Shown piece after piece: positions 12,296 through 26,432 of a stretch of DNA of 64,000 bases. Origin of the DNA: Octopus vulgaris (taxonomy: Eukaryota); contig OX597840.1 in assembly GCA_951406725.2 (NCBI GenBank), positions 26,970,001 to 27,034,000 on the forward strand. The letters run 5' to 3'. Positions within the stretch are counted from its first letter, which is position 1. The number at the start of each line of letters is the position of its first letter. The notes beneath the pieces were generated by a model. It was not told the DNA's origin. It ran no database searches and saw only the letters and a list, made by a program, of their open reading frames with translations. A program made the position numbers and the translations under genes.

Positions 12296-12754
12296 ATATA
12301 TATATATGTCTGCGCGTATATAAACATTTTCATTCTCTTAGATTATTAAACATCTTTCCATGTAAGATAAAAGAAAACGCATATTGCAACTCATCAATAC
12401 CGAAGTGGAACAAACTTCAACGATTTTGAACTTATGCAGAAAGCTGTTTATCACAATTAAAGATTACGTTCTTTACATTTCATGAAAAAAGAAACCCCTT
12501 CAACTACAATTCTTAGTCCAATTAAAATTGATATTCATATTATCAGCAAGCATATTCTAGATAAGATAAAAGCGGAAATTAAGCTAGCAGAATATATATG
12601 AACTTCTACTTCTGTTATTAATCTGTGAATCCAAACCTAATGAAGCAAGCTATCGCTTCGTTCTCTATAGAATTGATAAATATTATTGTGAGGTTGTTGA
12701 ACTTTAATAGATATTCGCAGATTTATTTCGAAATTTTGACAAATATTGGCGCAG

Positions 12755-13020
12755 AGCTGGTTGTGTTGTGAAGAAAATCGTTCTGTGATTGTGCTGTATC
12801 GAGTTCGCTCTACTCTGCGGCACCTTGGGCAATAATCTTCTGTGGCCCAGGGGGAGGACAATGTCTTTTGAGTGAATTTAGTAATCGGAAACTGTGTGGA
12901 AGCCCCTTGCATATATATATATATATGTAAGTGTGTGTGTTTGCTTCTGTGCGTGTGTTTGTGTGCGTGTGTGCGTGGTTGTGTGTGTGTGTGTTTGTGT
13001 CTGTGTTAGTCCCCCACAAT
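12755..13020 (+). mobile_element. Degenerate SINE-A-like copy
   Basis: ctgcggcaccttgggcaa...gagtgaatttagtaatcggaaactgtgtggaagccc followed by microsatellite. Confidence 0.65.
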
Positions 13021-13232
13021 AAGTTGACGAAGTGCAGCTAGGATAATGACAAATGTCCTCCTAAAATTGGAGCGACATGCTTGCTAATTTATGGACGTGT
13101 GTACATTCGCGTACACACATATACACACACATCCTGACTTTTTAATAATACAGATATATATGTGTATATATATATGTATGTATATATATATATATATATA
13201 GTTTCTTATATGCCTTATATGACTGTATGTGC

Positions 13233-13271
<39 letters not shown>

Positions 13272-13273
13272 TA

Positions 13274-13632
13274 TAAGTAATACTAAGTAATTAAGGGTTT
13301 AGCAACGAATTGCCTCACCAACACACCGAATTTAGAAATAGCAGTCAAAGAGATATAGCTATTCCTTCTACTAAAAGGGGGATCTCAGTAAAAACACAGC
13401 ACTTAAAAGGCAAACACACGTGCTGTGTTTTTACTGAGATCCCCCTTTTAGTAGAAGGAATAGCTATATCTCTTTGACTGCTATTTTTAAATTCGGTGTG
13501 TTGGTGAGGCAATTCGTTGCTAAACCCTTAATTACTTAGTATTACTTAAATTTTCCTCGAATGGGGCTTTTACATACCGAAATCTACTTGGTGTAATTGA
13601 TAATTATCCCTAATTAATTAATTTCACCCTTT

Positions 13633-13638
<6 letters not shown>
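13274..13638. mobile_element. (TA)n-flanked element with a 129-bp near-perfect inverted repeat
   Basis: Arms 13274-13402 and 13420-13548 (one mismatch seen), 17-bp spacer, unique extension to 13638; homologue at 29715-29987. Confidence 0.8.
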
Positions 13639-13674
<36 letters not shown>

Positions 13675-14151
13675 TTGTATGTGTGTGTATGTATATATAT
13701 ATATATATGTGCAGATATATATATACACATAGTATCATAAAAGGCTTATAAGAAACTATGTTTTTTTATATATATATATATATTTATATATGTGTGTGCA
13801 TGTGTATAAATATCCATATATATATATATGTGAATACACACACACGCACATGCATGCACACACACATATATATACATACTACAGAGTGTATACGCGAATA
13901 TAGAATTACTATGTATTTATGCGTATGTATATACATGTAGGTAAGTAGGTAGGTAGGTAGGTAGGTAGGTAGGTAGGTAGGTATGTGTGTATACATATAT
14001 ATGTATGTATGAGATATATATATATATATATATATATTTACACAAACAAGATCTTGTATAACCCTAATTATGTATATTCAAGAAAAGGCTCAAGGAATGA
14101 TGTGAAAAAACGAATCAACATTTTATGTATATAAAATATATGTATATATGT

Positions 14152-14234
<83 letters not shown>

Positions 14235-14389
14235 AACAATGAAGGCAGAGAGAGAGACGGCAAGAAGCATAGAAAGAATGGTAAAAGCGAATGTAGAAAG
14301 GAGAGAGAGAGAGAAAGGGGGGAAGCAAGGAAGGGGGTAGGGAAATTTGGAGCGTATTTATTGTGTTTATTGTGCGCAAATATTTGCAA

Positions 14390-14399
14390 TCATCATCGA

Positions 14400-14446
<47 letters not shown>

Positions 14447-14844
14447 CTCTGCCTCTCCCGCCTTCCTGTTCGTGTCCTCTACTCGATCTATAACGACAAC
14501 AACAACAACAAAAACAACAACAACTACTACTACTATTACTACTACAACGACAATGACAACGGCATCAACAACAACAACAACAACAACAACAAACTAACTA
14601 TTAACGGATGTAATTGTACCGCCATGTTTGATGTTTTATTTCCTCAAAAAGATCCAAATATTTGTTCGAGGCTACCATACTTATTTCATCCCCCCACCGC
14701 ACCCCACCGCACCCCACCGCACCCCACCGCACCCCACCGCACCCCACCGCACCCCACCGCACCCCACCGCGCCCCAGCGTCTGTATAAACACAATTCGCT
14801 TACCAACGTGATCATCACTATCATTGCTATCGTAACAATCATCG

Positions 14845-14890
<46 letters not shown>

Positions 14891-14926
14891 CATTATTATT
14901 ATTATTATCATTATTATTATTATTAA

Positions 14927-14962
<36 letters not shown>

Positions 14963-15021
14963 CATCATAATTATTATCATTATTATTATTATTATTATTA
15001 TCATCATCATCATCATCATCA

Positions 15022-15052
<31 letters not shown>

Positions 15053-15057
15053 CATTA

Positions 15058-15113
<56 letters not shown>

Positions 15114-15213
15114 GTTGTTGTTGTTGTTGTTGGTTACACTTCCATTATTTGTATCGTCTTCGTCAACAACATAACTGGCGGCATCATCATCATCATCTTC
15201 GTCGTCGTCGTCG

Positions 15214-15274
<61 letters not shown>
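14390..15274. repeat. Compound (CAT)n, (AAC)n, (ATT)n microsatellites
   Basis: Direct inspection. Confidence 0.95.
14692..14776. repeat. (CCCCACCGCA)n decamer array, about 8 copies
   Basis: Perfect 10-bp units; G-rich on the minus strand. Confidence 0.95.
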
Positions 15275-15275
<1 letters not shown>

Positions 15276-16339
15276 TCCAGTTTTGCAAATGAATATATGT
15301 TCTTCATTAGTGGTGAAGTTTAGTGATTAAATTCCGTATCGATTCTATGACAATCCGATCACTATTTCGCTAACAATAAATCAATGGAAGATACAGATTC
15401 TGTTTCTTGTTTTGGTTGAAGGGAGAGTAAGGCGAAAGCATAATCGTACGAGGTGTCTGAAGGGGTCAATAATGTGATAAAACCAGTGTAGACACTTACG
15501 TTGATCAACCTATATCGCATCACTCTGATCTACTTCTTGTCATGGTACCCATATATATACAGACCTACTCCATATCATGGTACCCATATATATTTTTTCA
15601 GACATACTCCATGTGATGGTACCTATATGTATGGTACCTATATGTATGGTACCTATACTTCATGTCATGGTACCCATATATATATACAGACATAAAGACA
15701 GGTAGACAGACAGACAAACAATCAGACAGACAGACAAACAATCAGACAAACAAACAATCAGACAGACGGACAAACGGATAGACAAGAAAAACATGAGAGA
15801 TCTGCTGTCCTTCTGATATGAATAACTCTTCGAAAATTAAAGAGACAGAAGATAACTATGGACAACTGCTTCGGAGCTTCCAGCTTCTATACCCTGGTTA
15901 TAAATTCACATCTATGACAATAATAATTAGTGCAGTTGGTTTTGGTTTTATGAATAATTGCCAAACTGACATTCTGAATAAGTTTGAATTTTGAGAAACA
16001 GAAATCCGCCAATTAACTTTCCCATTAGAAATAAAATCTGTAAGTGGAACAATAAGAATATTCAAGATTTTCTCAAGATTAAAATGTGCCGTTGTTTTTG
16101 TTGGATGCAATGATGGACCTTTGTATCTTAAATTAGAAACCAGCTCCTTCCTCAGAGAAAGAATTTAGATAACTAAAAGCAGAATAGAACATACATACAT
16201 ACACACACATACATACATACATACATACATACATACATACATACATACATACATACATACACACATACATACATACACACACATACACACATACACACAC
16301 ACACACATACACACATAAATTCTTATATACATACAAACA

Positions 16340-17077
16340 TCAATGAAATGTAAGCACAATAGACCTGATATAATGATTTGGGATAGAGAAGACAAACTGT
16401 GCATACATACATACATATATACATAGATACATAGATACATACATACATGCATGCATGCATATACATACATACATACATACATACATACATACACACATAC
16501 ATACATACATATATTCATACATACATACATACATACATACATACATACATACATACATACATACATACATACATACATACATACATACATACATACATAC
16601 ATACATACATGCATGCATATATACATAGATACATAGATACATACATACATACATACATACATACTTACGTACATATATACATAGATACATACATACATAC
16701 ATACATACATACATACATACATACATACATACATACATACATACATACATACATAGACATGATATAGTGATTTGAGACAGAGAACGGAAACTGTGTAGAT
16801 GTAGAAATCAGCTGCCCAGCGGATGTTAACATGAGGCTAAAAATCAGCGATAAAAATATACCTACGCTGAATTAATGAAAAATCTGCAGTTACTCTATCC
16901 AGATTACAAGTTCAGGTTTATACCTGTAAATATTGGGGAACTGGGATATGTAAAACCCTGCCTAAATACCAATCTTGAGAAATTAGGCTTCTCAAGACCA
17001 GAAAGGAGAAAAGCTGATGCGAAGACTACGCTGGAACTGTAAAAATCTGTAAAACATTCCAGAAGTTTATCACTTAA
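16340..17077 (+). pseudogene. C-terminal restriction-like endonuclease fragment of an RLE-type non-LTR retrotransposon (R4/Dong/NeSL-like)
   Basis: KCKHNRPDIMIWDREDKLC (16340-16402), (CATA)n, then VEISCPADVN...YAELMKNLQLLYPDYKFRFIPVNIGELGYV...GTVKICKTFQKFIT* across frameshifts. Confidence 0.8.
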
Positions 17078-17315
17078 ATACATATGAGCATGTCTAGATA
17101 TGCAACTATATGCACGAGAATACATACATAAAATAAAATATACATACATACGTGCATGTACCATACATGTATCAATATCGCTCGAGAACGACCACACATG
17201 CGTATATACGAACGCACATGTACACATGCATACGCCTTTAAATGCATACGTATCTACATTCATGGAGACAATTATGTATATATAGTATAATTAGACATAT
17301 ATACACTGTATAATC

Positions 17316-17346
<31 letters not shown>

Positions 17347-17418
17347 AATCCAGCTGTTCATGCATCCATTAATCAGACACGTATGCATACATATATATAC
17401 ATATATATATATATACCC

Positions 17419-17828
17419 TTTTACTCTTTTACTTGTTTCAGTCATTTGACTGCGGCCATGCTTGAGCACCGCCTTTAGTCGAGCAAATCGATCCCGGGAC
17501 TTATTCTTTGTAAGCCCAGTACTTATTCTATCGGTCTCTTTTGCCGAACCGCTAAGTGACGGGGACGTAAACACACCAGCATCAGTTGTCAAGCAATGCT
17601 AGGGGGACAAACACAGACACACAAACATATACACACACACTTATATATATATATATATACATATATACGACAGGCTTCTTTCAGTTTCCGTCTACCAAAT
17701 CCACTAACAAGGCATTAGTCGGCCCGGGGCTATAGCAGAAGACACTTGCCCAAGATGCCACGCAGTGGGACTGAACCCGGAACCATGTGGTTGGTTAGCA
17801 AGCTACTTACCACACAGCCACTCCTGCG

Positions 17829-17830
<2 letters not shown>
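17419..17830 (-). mobile_element. SINE-A, full length
   Basis: Reverse complement of family-A head, internal microsatellite and tail. Confidence 0.92.
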
Positions 17831-17890
<60 letters not shown>

Positions 17891-18391
17891 AATACATACA
17901 CCCATCCATCTACCAATCCATCCATACATACACACATACATACATACACACATACATATAAACAAAAATACTATGTTGTTGAAATTCCAGTGAAGGAGCC
18001 ATCGATCTATGTTAGGAACTGGGGTTTTTTTTGTCTTTTGGCAAGAAATCTTGAAATAAAACTGAACGCTGTCAAACATAGCGCAGGCAACATAACTGAT
18101 ATCTTTCTGGATAAAAAAAAGCTTCTGGCAAATTCACGTTTATGCTGTAACTACTCAGCAACAATATCTTTCATTTCAGTTTGCAATAAACACAGGTTTC
18201 CCCTGTATCTCTCCTGTGCATTGTACACACACACACACTTTTAATGTTTCCCAAAGTTTATTTTCGAGATTATCAAATATGTGTAAAATATCATGTAATT
18301 TAATTTTTAGAAAAAAAAATGATCAAAGTGTAATATATTGGTTGAGAATGAGTATGAGCAGCAGAAGTGCGGAATTTGCTAAAAAAAATTG

Positions 18392-18486
<95 letters not shown>

Positions 18487-18556
18487 GTGTGTGTGTGCAT
18501 GTATATATACATATTTATATAGAGAGAGATAGATACATACATACATACATACATGC

Positions 18557-18670
<114 letters not shown>

Positions 18671-18974
18671 ATATGTATGTATGTGTATATATGTGTGTGT
18701 ATACCTTATATACAAAGATATGCGAAGACAGATTGGTAGATAGATCCATACACAAATATACGCATACATATGTACGTAGAAAGTAATACATACACATACT
18801 CATATATATATGTGTGTGTGAGTGTGTGCGTGTGTGTGTGTGTGTCTGTGCTCGCACACGCGTGTATGCATACATGCATATGTGTTTATACATGACTGTA
18901 TGTGTATGTATATGTAGGGAGAAGTATCGAAAAATAGATAACTATATATATTTACACCCCCCACACACACATAC

Positions 18975-19061
<87 letters not shown>

Positions 19062-19687
19062 GCATACCTATATGTATATATATACATATATATATATATA
19101 ATATACTCACACACACATATATATATATAAAAATATATATACGGGCGTGTGCGTATGTATATATATATATATATATATGTGCCTATATACTTGTATATAC
19201 ATATGCATACATAAATATAGATCATCGTACGTCAAATCAAACTACATGATAATCATCAGAATTACGTTACGTGTACACAAAATTAAAAAAAACAAAATGG
19301 AGACGAAAATAACGAAGCAAGTGAAAACACGAAATATTTGAAGATAATAAAACTCAAAATATTTGTAGAATATAAAACCAGGACCTAAAAATTCTGAAGA
19401 TATTTACGCAAATTGTGTGTCGCCGTTTATACAGATTTTCTCGTCTAATTTTTTTACCTGTTTCCTTAGATGTCTTGCTTAAATAAGTACAAATTATTAT
19501 TTCGAATGACAATTTTCTTCATATTTATTTCTTTTTTACCCTTTAATATCGAACAATATTTAGGTTTCTAATTTTCTTTCAGATAATTTTCCTTTCAACA
19601 TGATTTTACCTAAATGCGAATTATAACGAAAAAAGTAATTTATATTTACTATTTACTGATATGTTTCCGTATATATGTTTGTATGTA

Positions 19688-19852
19688 GGCGCAGGAGTGG
19701 CTGTGTGGTAAGTAGCTTGCTAACCAACCACATGGTTCAGGGATCAGTCCCACTGCGTGGCATCTTGGGCAAGTGTCTTCTGTTATAGCCCCGGGCCCAC
19801 CAATGCCTTGTGAGTGGATTTGGTAGACGGAAACTGAAAGAAGCCCGTCGTA

Positions 19853-19917
<65 letters not shown>

Positions 19918-20127
19918 GTGTCTGTGTTTGTCCCCCTAGCATTGCTTGACAACCGATGCTGGTGTGTTTATGTCCCCGTCACTTAGCGGTTCGGCAAAAG
20001 AGACCAATAGAATAAGTACTGGGCTTACAAAGAATAAGTCCTTGGGTCTAGTTGCTCGACTAAAGGCTGTGCTCCAGTATGGCCGCAGTCAAATGACTGA
20101 AACAAGTAAAAGAGTAAAGACTAAAAG
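19688..20127 (+). mobile_element. SINE-A, full length, probable 7-bp TSD
   Basis: ggcgcaggagtggctgtgtgg ... gactgaaacaagtaaaagag; tgtatgt at 19680-19686 and 20128-20134. Confidence 0.92.
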
Positions 20128-20142
20128 TGTATGTGCGTCCGT

Positions 20143-20400
20143 TTGGAGGCGCGTGGCTAAGTGGTTAGGGTGTCAGCATCATGATCGTAAGGTTGTGGTT
20201 TCGATTCCTGGACCGGGCGACGCATTGTGTTCTTGAGCAAAACACTTCATTTCACGTTGCTCCAGTCCACTCACCTGGCGAAAATGAGTAACGCTGCGAT
20301 GGACTGGCGACCCGTCCAGCTGGGGAACACATACGCCATTGAAACCGGGAAACCGGGCCCATGAGCCTGGCTAGGCTTTAAAAAGGCGCATTTATTTTTT
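20143..20400 (+). mobile_element. SINE family D head + CORE-like segment + V-domain-like tail
   Basis: ggaggcgcgtggctaagtggttagg, tgtgttcttgagcaaaacactt, ctgcgatggactggcgacccgtccag. Confidence 0.8.
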
Positions 20401-20401
20401 A

Positions 20402-20435
<34 letters not shown>

Positions 20436-21204
20436 CGTAGGCACATCTGTATGGCACGAAGTTTCCTTCCCGAGAACAGGCTTATAGGTTCGGTACCACC
20501 TGCCTGGCACTATGGGCAAGTATCTGCCGTTCTATCTTCGGGTCGACCAAAGCTTCGTCAGTAAATTTGATATGGTGGAAACTATAAGAAACCCGTCATA
20601 CATATAGGAGTGGTGTGTAGTAAGTAGCTTGCTTGCCAACCACATGGTTTCGTGTTCAGTCCAACTGCGTGGCACCTTGGGCAATTGTTTAAAGAATTAA
20701 AGAATAGAAGAATAAAGGATTATAGAATTACAGAATAAAAGAATTAAATAATTTTAAAAAAATATAATATATTGAATATTGGATTAAATCTGCTTATATA
20801 ACAAGATGTGTTTTTTGTTTCCAGATAAACACACAACATGCCGTAGACTGCCACAACATACAGAACACTCTATCACACTCTGATAAACAATACAGTCTTA
20901 CTGAATCACTGAAGAACAGCAGACAACAGACTTCACTACGAGGGTTGCTTGTCCGTTGTCTTCTCCGTTAGCGGCAAAATCTACCGATAATCATATTCGA
21001 CTGTCTTTAGAAAGGACAGGTTAACTTGCGTTTCCTGTGCATAGGTAAATGACACACTTGTCGTGGTTCGGATCCCTTTGATCCTAAACCTGCTTGATCA
21101 AGACTCTATCTTGCTAAATGGCAACAATAGTAAGAAAAGCAGCAGTAATAGTAGCAGACATTAGTGCTTGCAGTATCAACTTCAACTGTTGAATTGATTT
21201 CATT

Positions 21205-21541
21205 TGATGATGATGCTGCTGATGATGATGCTGCTGCTGCTGATGATGATGATGATGGTAGTGGTTGTGGTAATCATGATGATGATGATGACGGAATTTA
21301 ATCACTAAACTTCACCACTAATGAAGAACATATATTCATTTGCAAAACTGGAGATGATGATGATGATGATGATGATGACGATGATGATAATGATGAAGAT
21401 GATGATGATGATGATGATGATGAAGATGATGATGATGATGGTGGTAGTGGTGGTGGTAATGATGCTGATGATGATGGTGATGGTGGAGGTAATGATAATG
21501 ATGATGATGATGATGATAATGACAATGGTGATGACGATGAC

Positions 21542-21581
<40 letters not shown>

Positions 21582-21700
21582 GTTATGATGATGATGATGA
21601 TGATAATGATAATGATGGTGACGATGGTGATGATGGTGACGGTGACGACGTCGACGACGACGACGACGACGACAATGATGACAACAACAGTAACTGTCTC
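21205..21700. repeat. (GAT)n compound microsatellite with a 63-bp unique insert
   Basis: Insert 21291-21353 is the exact reverse complement of 15275-15337. Confidence 0.93.
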
Positions 21701-22060
21701 TGCTGTAATAGGTGTTCGCAGTGTCAACAACAACAACAACGATTACAACAAACGCATGCCTCATACAGCAAGTTTTATTTCTAATTTTCGATGCCAAAGA
21801 GAGACAAAATCGGGAAGAATGCTTCCATCTTGGAAATCTGTGTAGCGGTCAGATAAATTCCTTTTATCTAAGGCTTCTCATTGGCTGCCGATCTGAAAAT
21901 GATAATCCGATTTTTCATTCTCTCCCCCTTCTTGTTCTCTCTCTCTCTCTTCTTCACTCTCTTTCTCTCCCCCTTCTTGTTCTCTCTCTCTCTCACACAC
22001 TTTCTCTCTCTCTCTCTCTCTCTCATCTCACTTTATCTCTCTTTTACCCTTCCATGTCAG

Positions 22061-22165
22061 AAGAAATGGAATCGCAAGTCGAGGTATTTAAAGGAATACG
22101 TCGACTTAACCATGCAGTCAGTTCCAAGCATCCAGCCGTCTGTTAAGTGTGGTTTGAACTTACAG
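22061..22165 (+). other. Candidate 105-nt exon
   Basis: Long polypyrimidine tract, cag acceptor, CAG|gtaaat donor, open phase-0 frame KKWNRKSRYLKEYVDLTMQSVPSIQPSVKCGLNLQ; no recognisable homology. Confidence 0.3.
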
Positions 22166-22182
22166 GTAAATGCTATTGAAAA

Positions 22183-22311
22183 CGCAGGTGTGGATGTGTG
22201 CTAAGAAGTTTGCTTCCTAACCACATGGTTCTAAGTTCATTCTCACTACGTGGCACCTCGGGCCTACCAGTCTTATGAGGGGATTTGATGGACGGAAACC
22301 GAGAAAAGCTC

Positions 22312-22315
<4 letters not shown>
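22183..22315 (+). mobile_element. SINE-A head fragment
   Basis: gcttcctaaccacatggttc...gatggacggaaaccgagaaaagctcgcc. Confidence 0.75.
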
Positions 22316-22379
<64 letters not shown>

Positions 22380-22406
22380 CACATATATACATACACACAC
22401 ACACAC

Positions 22407-22462
<56 letters not shown>

Positions 22463-22466
22463 ATAC

Positions 22467-22497
<31 letters not shown>

Positions 22498-22874
22498 CAT
22501 ACATACATACATGCATATATGAACATATATAACTTTCAAAAAAGGAATTTAAGTGTGTGTATGTGTGTGTGTGTGTGTTTATGTTCAGTGGTAAAGGCGA
22601 TGCAGTCAAGGTAGTGGTTTCGAGACCCAGACCGTCTGTGCGTTGTATTCTTGAGAAAAATGGTTCATTTCACTTTGCTGGCGTCCACTCAGATGTAAAT
22701 GGCCAACCCTGTGGTGGATTGGCGTACGAGGGTGAGATGGTGAGTCCAGGAAATCTACCCGAATGGAGATCTCGCTGGTTACGATGGGTACTTTAGCAAT
22801 GCGCAGGGTGAATGGTAGAAGCTGTACTGTGAATCCCGATTGGCTGGGATTGGTTGATCAACGCAGTCGAAGGT

Positions 22875-22994
22875 CATAATCATCGTCATCATTAAAACAA
22901 TCATCATCATCATCATCATCACCATCATCATTATCAACATCATTTTCATCATTATTGTCGTCGTCGTCATCATCATGATCATTATCATTATCAC

Positions 22995-23045
<51 letters not shown>

Positions 23046-23160
23046 TATTATCATCATCACCATCATCATCATCATCATCACCATCATCATCATCATTATC
23101 ATCAGCATCGTCATCGTCATCATCATTGTCATTATCATCATCATCATCATCACCATTACC

Positions 23161-23194
<34 letters not shown>

Positions 23195-23220
23195 CCATCA
23201 TCGTCATCATTACCACCACC

Positions 23221-23252
<32 letters not shown>

Positions 23253-23280
23253 TACCATCATCAACATCATCATCAACATT
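22875..23280. repeat. (CAT/CAC)n microsatellite
   Basis: Direct inspection. Confidence 0.95.
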
Positions 23281-23705
23281 AAATCAAATTAAATCAATTC
23301 AAAAGAAGAACAGAGAGAATTTAAAGAGAATCGGCGCCCACAGTATCCAAATGCAAAGTGACAAAATGGCTGACTGAACGAATGCTCAAAGCGTACATTA
23401 TCGAGAACTCATTGTGGTTGTTTAAATTTTAGAGCAGTTATCAATAATAAATTAATTATGCATTTATCTTGCGTAAATTAATAATTAAACTTTTTTATTT
23501 TAATGATTATTTATAAATTATCATCAAAATGAAGATACCGCGAAACTAAAATCTTTAAGCGAGGTGTTGTTACACACATACACAGACATATAGACACAAA
23601 CATATGTGAATACCACTGTGTGCACGTGTATGCACATGTATGCATAAATGCAGAAGCACGCAAAACACATAAACAAATAGATGAAAAGATATGTATGTGT
23701 ATATA

Positions 23706-23743
<38 letters not shown>

Positions 23744-24041
23744 TGTGTGCGTGTGTATACACATATATATATATATGTGTATACACACGCACATATATAT
23801 ATATATATATATATATCATATATTATGTGCGTATATATACTGTATTAGATGGCATAAATGGCACTTTCTTAAAATTGTTTCAAAAATTGCCCGTGGGCCC
23901 TATATACGAAGTTGGGCTTATATTGTATGCTTTAATGCATGGAAAACAGTTTTTTTTTTCTATTAATATGCGCTGCTGAAATTGCGTGCGCGTAAAACGC
24001 TCTTGCGTCTTTTATGCTATTAAATGCGGCATGTGTGTGTG

Positions 24042-24097
<56 letters not shown>

Positions 24098-24202
24098 TGT
24101 GCGTGTGTATGTGTGTGTTTGTTTATGTTTATGTATGTGTGTATGTATATATATATGTATGTATATATATATAAACATATATATACACACATATGTGTAT
24201 GC

Positions 24203-24239
<37 letters not shown>

Positions 24240-24379
24240 CATGAATAGATGAGTGTATTTTTCCCTTGTTATCCTCCTCTTTCTATAGGCTACTTCTAAC
24301 GTTATATCATATAACGTTTTTTCGAACAATATTAATAGCATTCAGTAAATCACTATACATATCCATCATTTTCTGTTAC

Positions 24380-24467
24380 ACTTCCCTGAATAGAAGATTA
24401 CATTGTTTTACACCATTTATTCCTTTGGAATAATATCAGTGAAATCTTCGAAACAGGTGTCGGAAGT
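24380..24467 (+). ncRNA. Type-I hammerhead-like motif with one core substitution, in a (TA)n-flanked element of about 24245-24505
   Basis: acttcc-CTGAATA-gaagattacattg...cagtgaaatcttc-GAAAC-aggt-GTC-ggaagt: 6-bp stem I and long stem II. Confidence 0.65.
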
Positions 24468-24593
24468 AAAAGTATTTGAATTACACCTGCATTAAGCTCC
24501 ATTTATATATATATATATATAAATTATTAATTCTAATTCTCTGGACGTGAAACATTCAGTAACAGTATTCTAGAGTAAAGATTATTTGCCTAC

Positions 24594-25061
24594 ATAATGT
24601 GGCTGTCCTGGTTAGGACAAATGTTACTATTATTTAGTCTTAGGAAACATCGTTACCAGCTGCCTATCGACGCATTTGCTGCGTCCTTTTATATTTTCGA
24701 ATGAGGCAATTTAGTGTCCCCACTCAGCTCTAAAGCAATATCTGTGTACCAATTGTCTCTGGGTTATTTCTCTTCATCAGCACAGAATAACTGCTTGGCT
24801 AGAGATGGCGACACTAGATTCTTGTTCGAAATATATGCATTTCAAAGTATATGTCTAGCCGAGCGGTTATTCTATGCCGATGAAGGTAAATAACCTAGAA
24901 ACCATTGATATACAGATATTGCTTTATAGCTGAGAGAGGACGCTAAATTGCCATGCTCGAAAATATAAGGATGCAGATACTGCGTCGATAGCCAGCTGGA
25001 GACAATGTTTCCTGGTGTTACATAACAGTAACATTCGTCCTATTAAGCACTGCCACATTGT
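24594..25061. mobile_element. Diverged inverted repeat with arms of about 210 bp, each carrying a hammerhead-like motif (Penelope-like)
   Basis: Minus 24786-24741: tctgtg-CTGATGA-agagaaataaccca-GAGAC-aattg-GTA-cacaga; plus 24871-24916: tctatg-CCGATGA-aggtaaataaccta-GAAAC-cattg-ATA-tacaga. Confidence 0.7.
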
Positions 25062-25119
25062 GTTGGCAAATAATTTTCACTCTCTCTCTCTCTTTATATA
25101 TATATATATATATATATAT

Positions 25120-25353
<234 letters not shown>

Positions 25354-25472
25354 CGGTTTAAGCAATTAAGATCAAATGAGTTCTATTGAATTCACAAGAA
25401 TATGGTACTTGACTTGGATGCACCAGAAATCTATATGGTGTTAACCATACGATAAAGTGGGGTGATTACAAA

Positions 25473-25565
25473 TAGGAAAGAAGCAACAAGAATGGATCAA
25501 AATATCGGTACAATTCGTTACGAAACAATTGTACCGATATTTTGATCCATTTTTGTTGCTTTTTT

Positions 25566-25570
<5 letters not shown>
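25473..25570. repeat. Hairpin ending in (TA)n with half-hammerhead GAAAC-aatt-GTA
   Basis: ataggaaagaagcaacaagaatggatcaaaatatcggtacaatt pairs with aattgtaccgatattttgatccatttttgttgcttttttcctat. Confidence 0.75.
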
Positions 25571-25616
<46 letters not shown>

Positions 25617-26048
25617 ATTGAGGCAGTGAAGCAGGTAAAATTCAGGCCACATATGTTTTCCAGCGAGAAGATACTTTGATCTGATTATTACTGAACGAGA
25701 GTTACTCCGCTAGCAACTATTCAGACAGAAAAGACCTTAATTATTTTAAGGTTACATTGTCTTTAGTGGGGTCCCAAGGTGGACTACTCAAAGCTTACAA
25801 ATTTCTTACACTTAGTTTCTTGTAGCCTATAATTACATATCGATATATATATGTGTATATGCTTGTGTGTGTGTGCGTTTGAACATAAATAATTCACTGC
25901 ATGAATGCAAAAAAAAAGATAAGTCAACAGGTATGATAATTAAAGGTAGGAGTAACTTTCTACAATCATCGGTCCTTATCTGATATTCTTTATCACCAAT
26001 CAAACCGTCAAAACGAAAATTATAATTCCGCATTATATGTAGTAGAAA

Positions 26049-26432
26049 GTGGAGGCGCAATGGCCCAGTGGTTAGGGCAGCGGACACGCGGTCATAGAAT
26101 CGCGGTTTCGATTCCCAGACCGGGCGTTGTGAATGCTTATTGAGCGAAAACACCTAAAAGCTCCACGAGGCTCCGACAGGGATGGTGGTGATCCCTGCTG
26201 TACTCTTTCACCACAACTTTCTCTCACTCTTATTTCCTGTTTCTGTTGTACCTGTATTTCAAAGGGCTGGCCTTGTCACTCTCTGTGTCACGCTGAATAT
26301 CCCCGAGAACTACGTTAAGGGTACACGTGTCTGTGGAGTGCTCAGCCACTTACACGTTAATTTCACGAGCAGGCTGTTCCGTTGATTCGGATCAACCGGA
26401 ACCCTCGTCGTCGTAACCGACGGAGTGCTTCC
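26049..26432 (+). mobile_element. SINE-C, full length, 12-bp TSD
   Basis: TSD atgtagtagaaa at 26037-26048 and 26433-26444. Confidence 0.95.

Noticed and set aside
20825-20945. Coding exon after a tttgtttccag acceptor
   Set aside because: All three frames hit early stops and there is no convincing donor
23836-23930. Possible Tc2/pogo-like transposon end
   Set aside because: Resemblance is weak and no partner terminus was found
26049-26125. tRNA gene
   Set aside because: A/B-box tRNA-like head continues into a SINE body with a TSD; no complete cloverleaf evident
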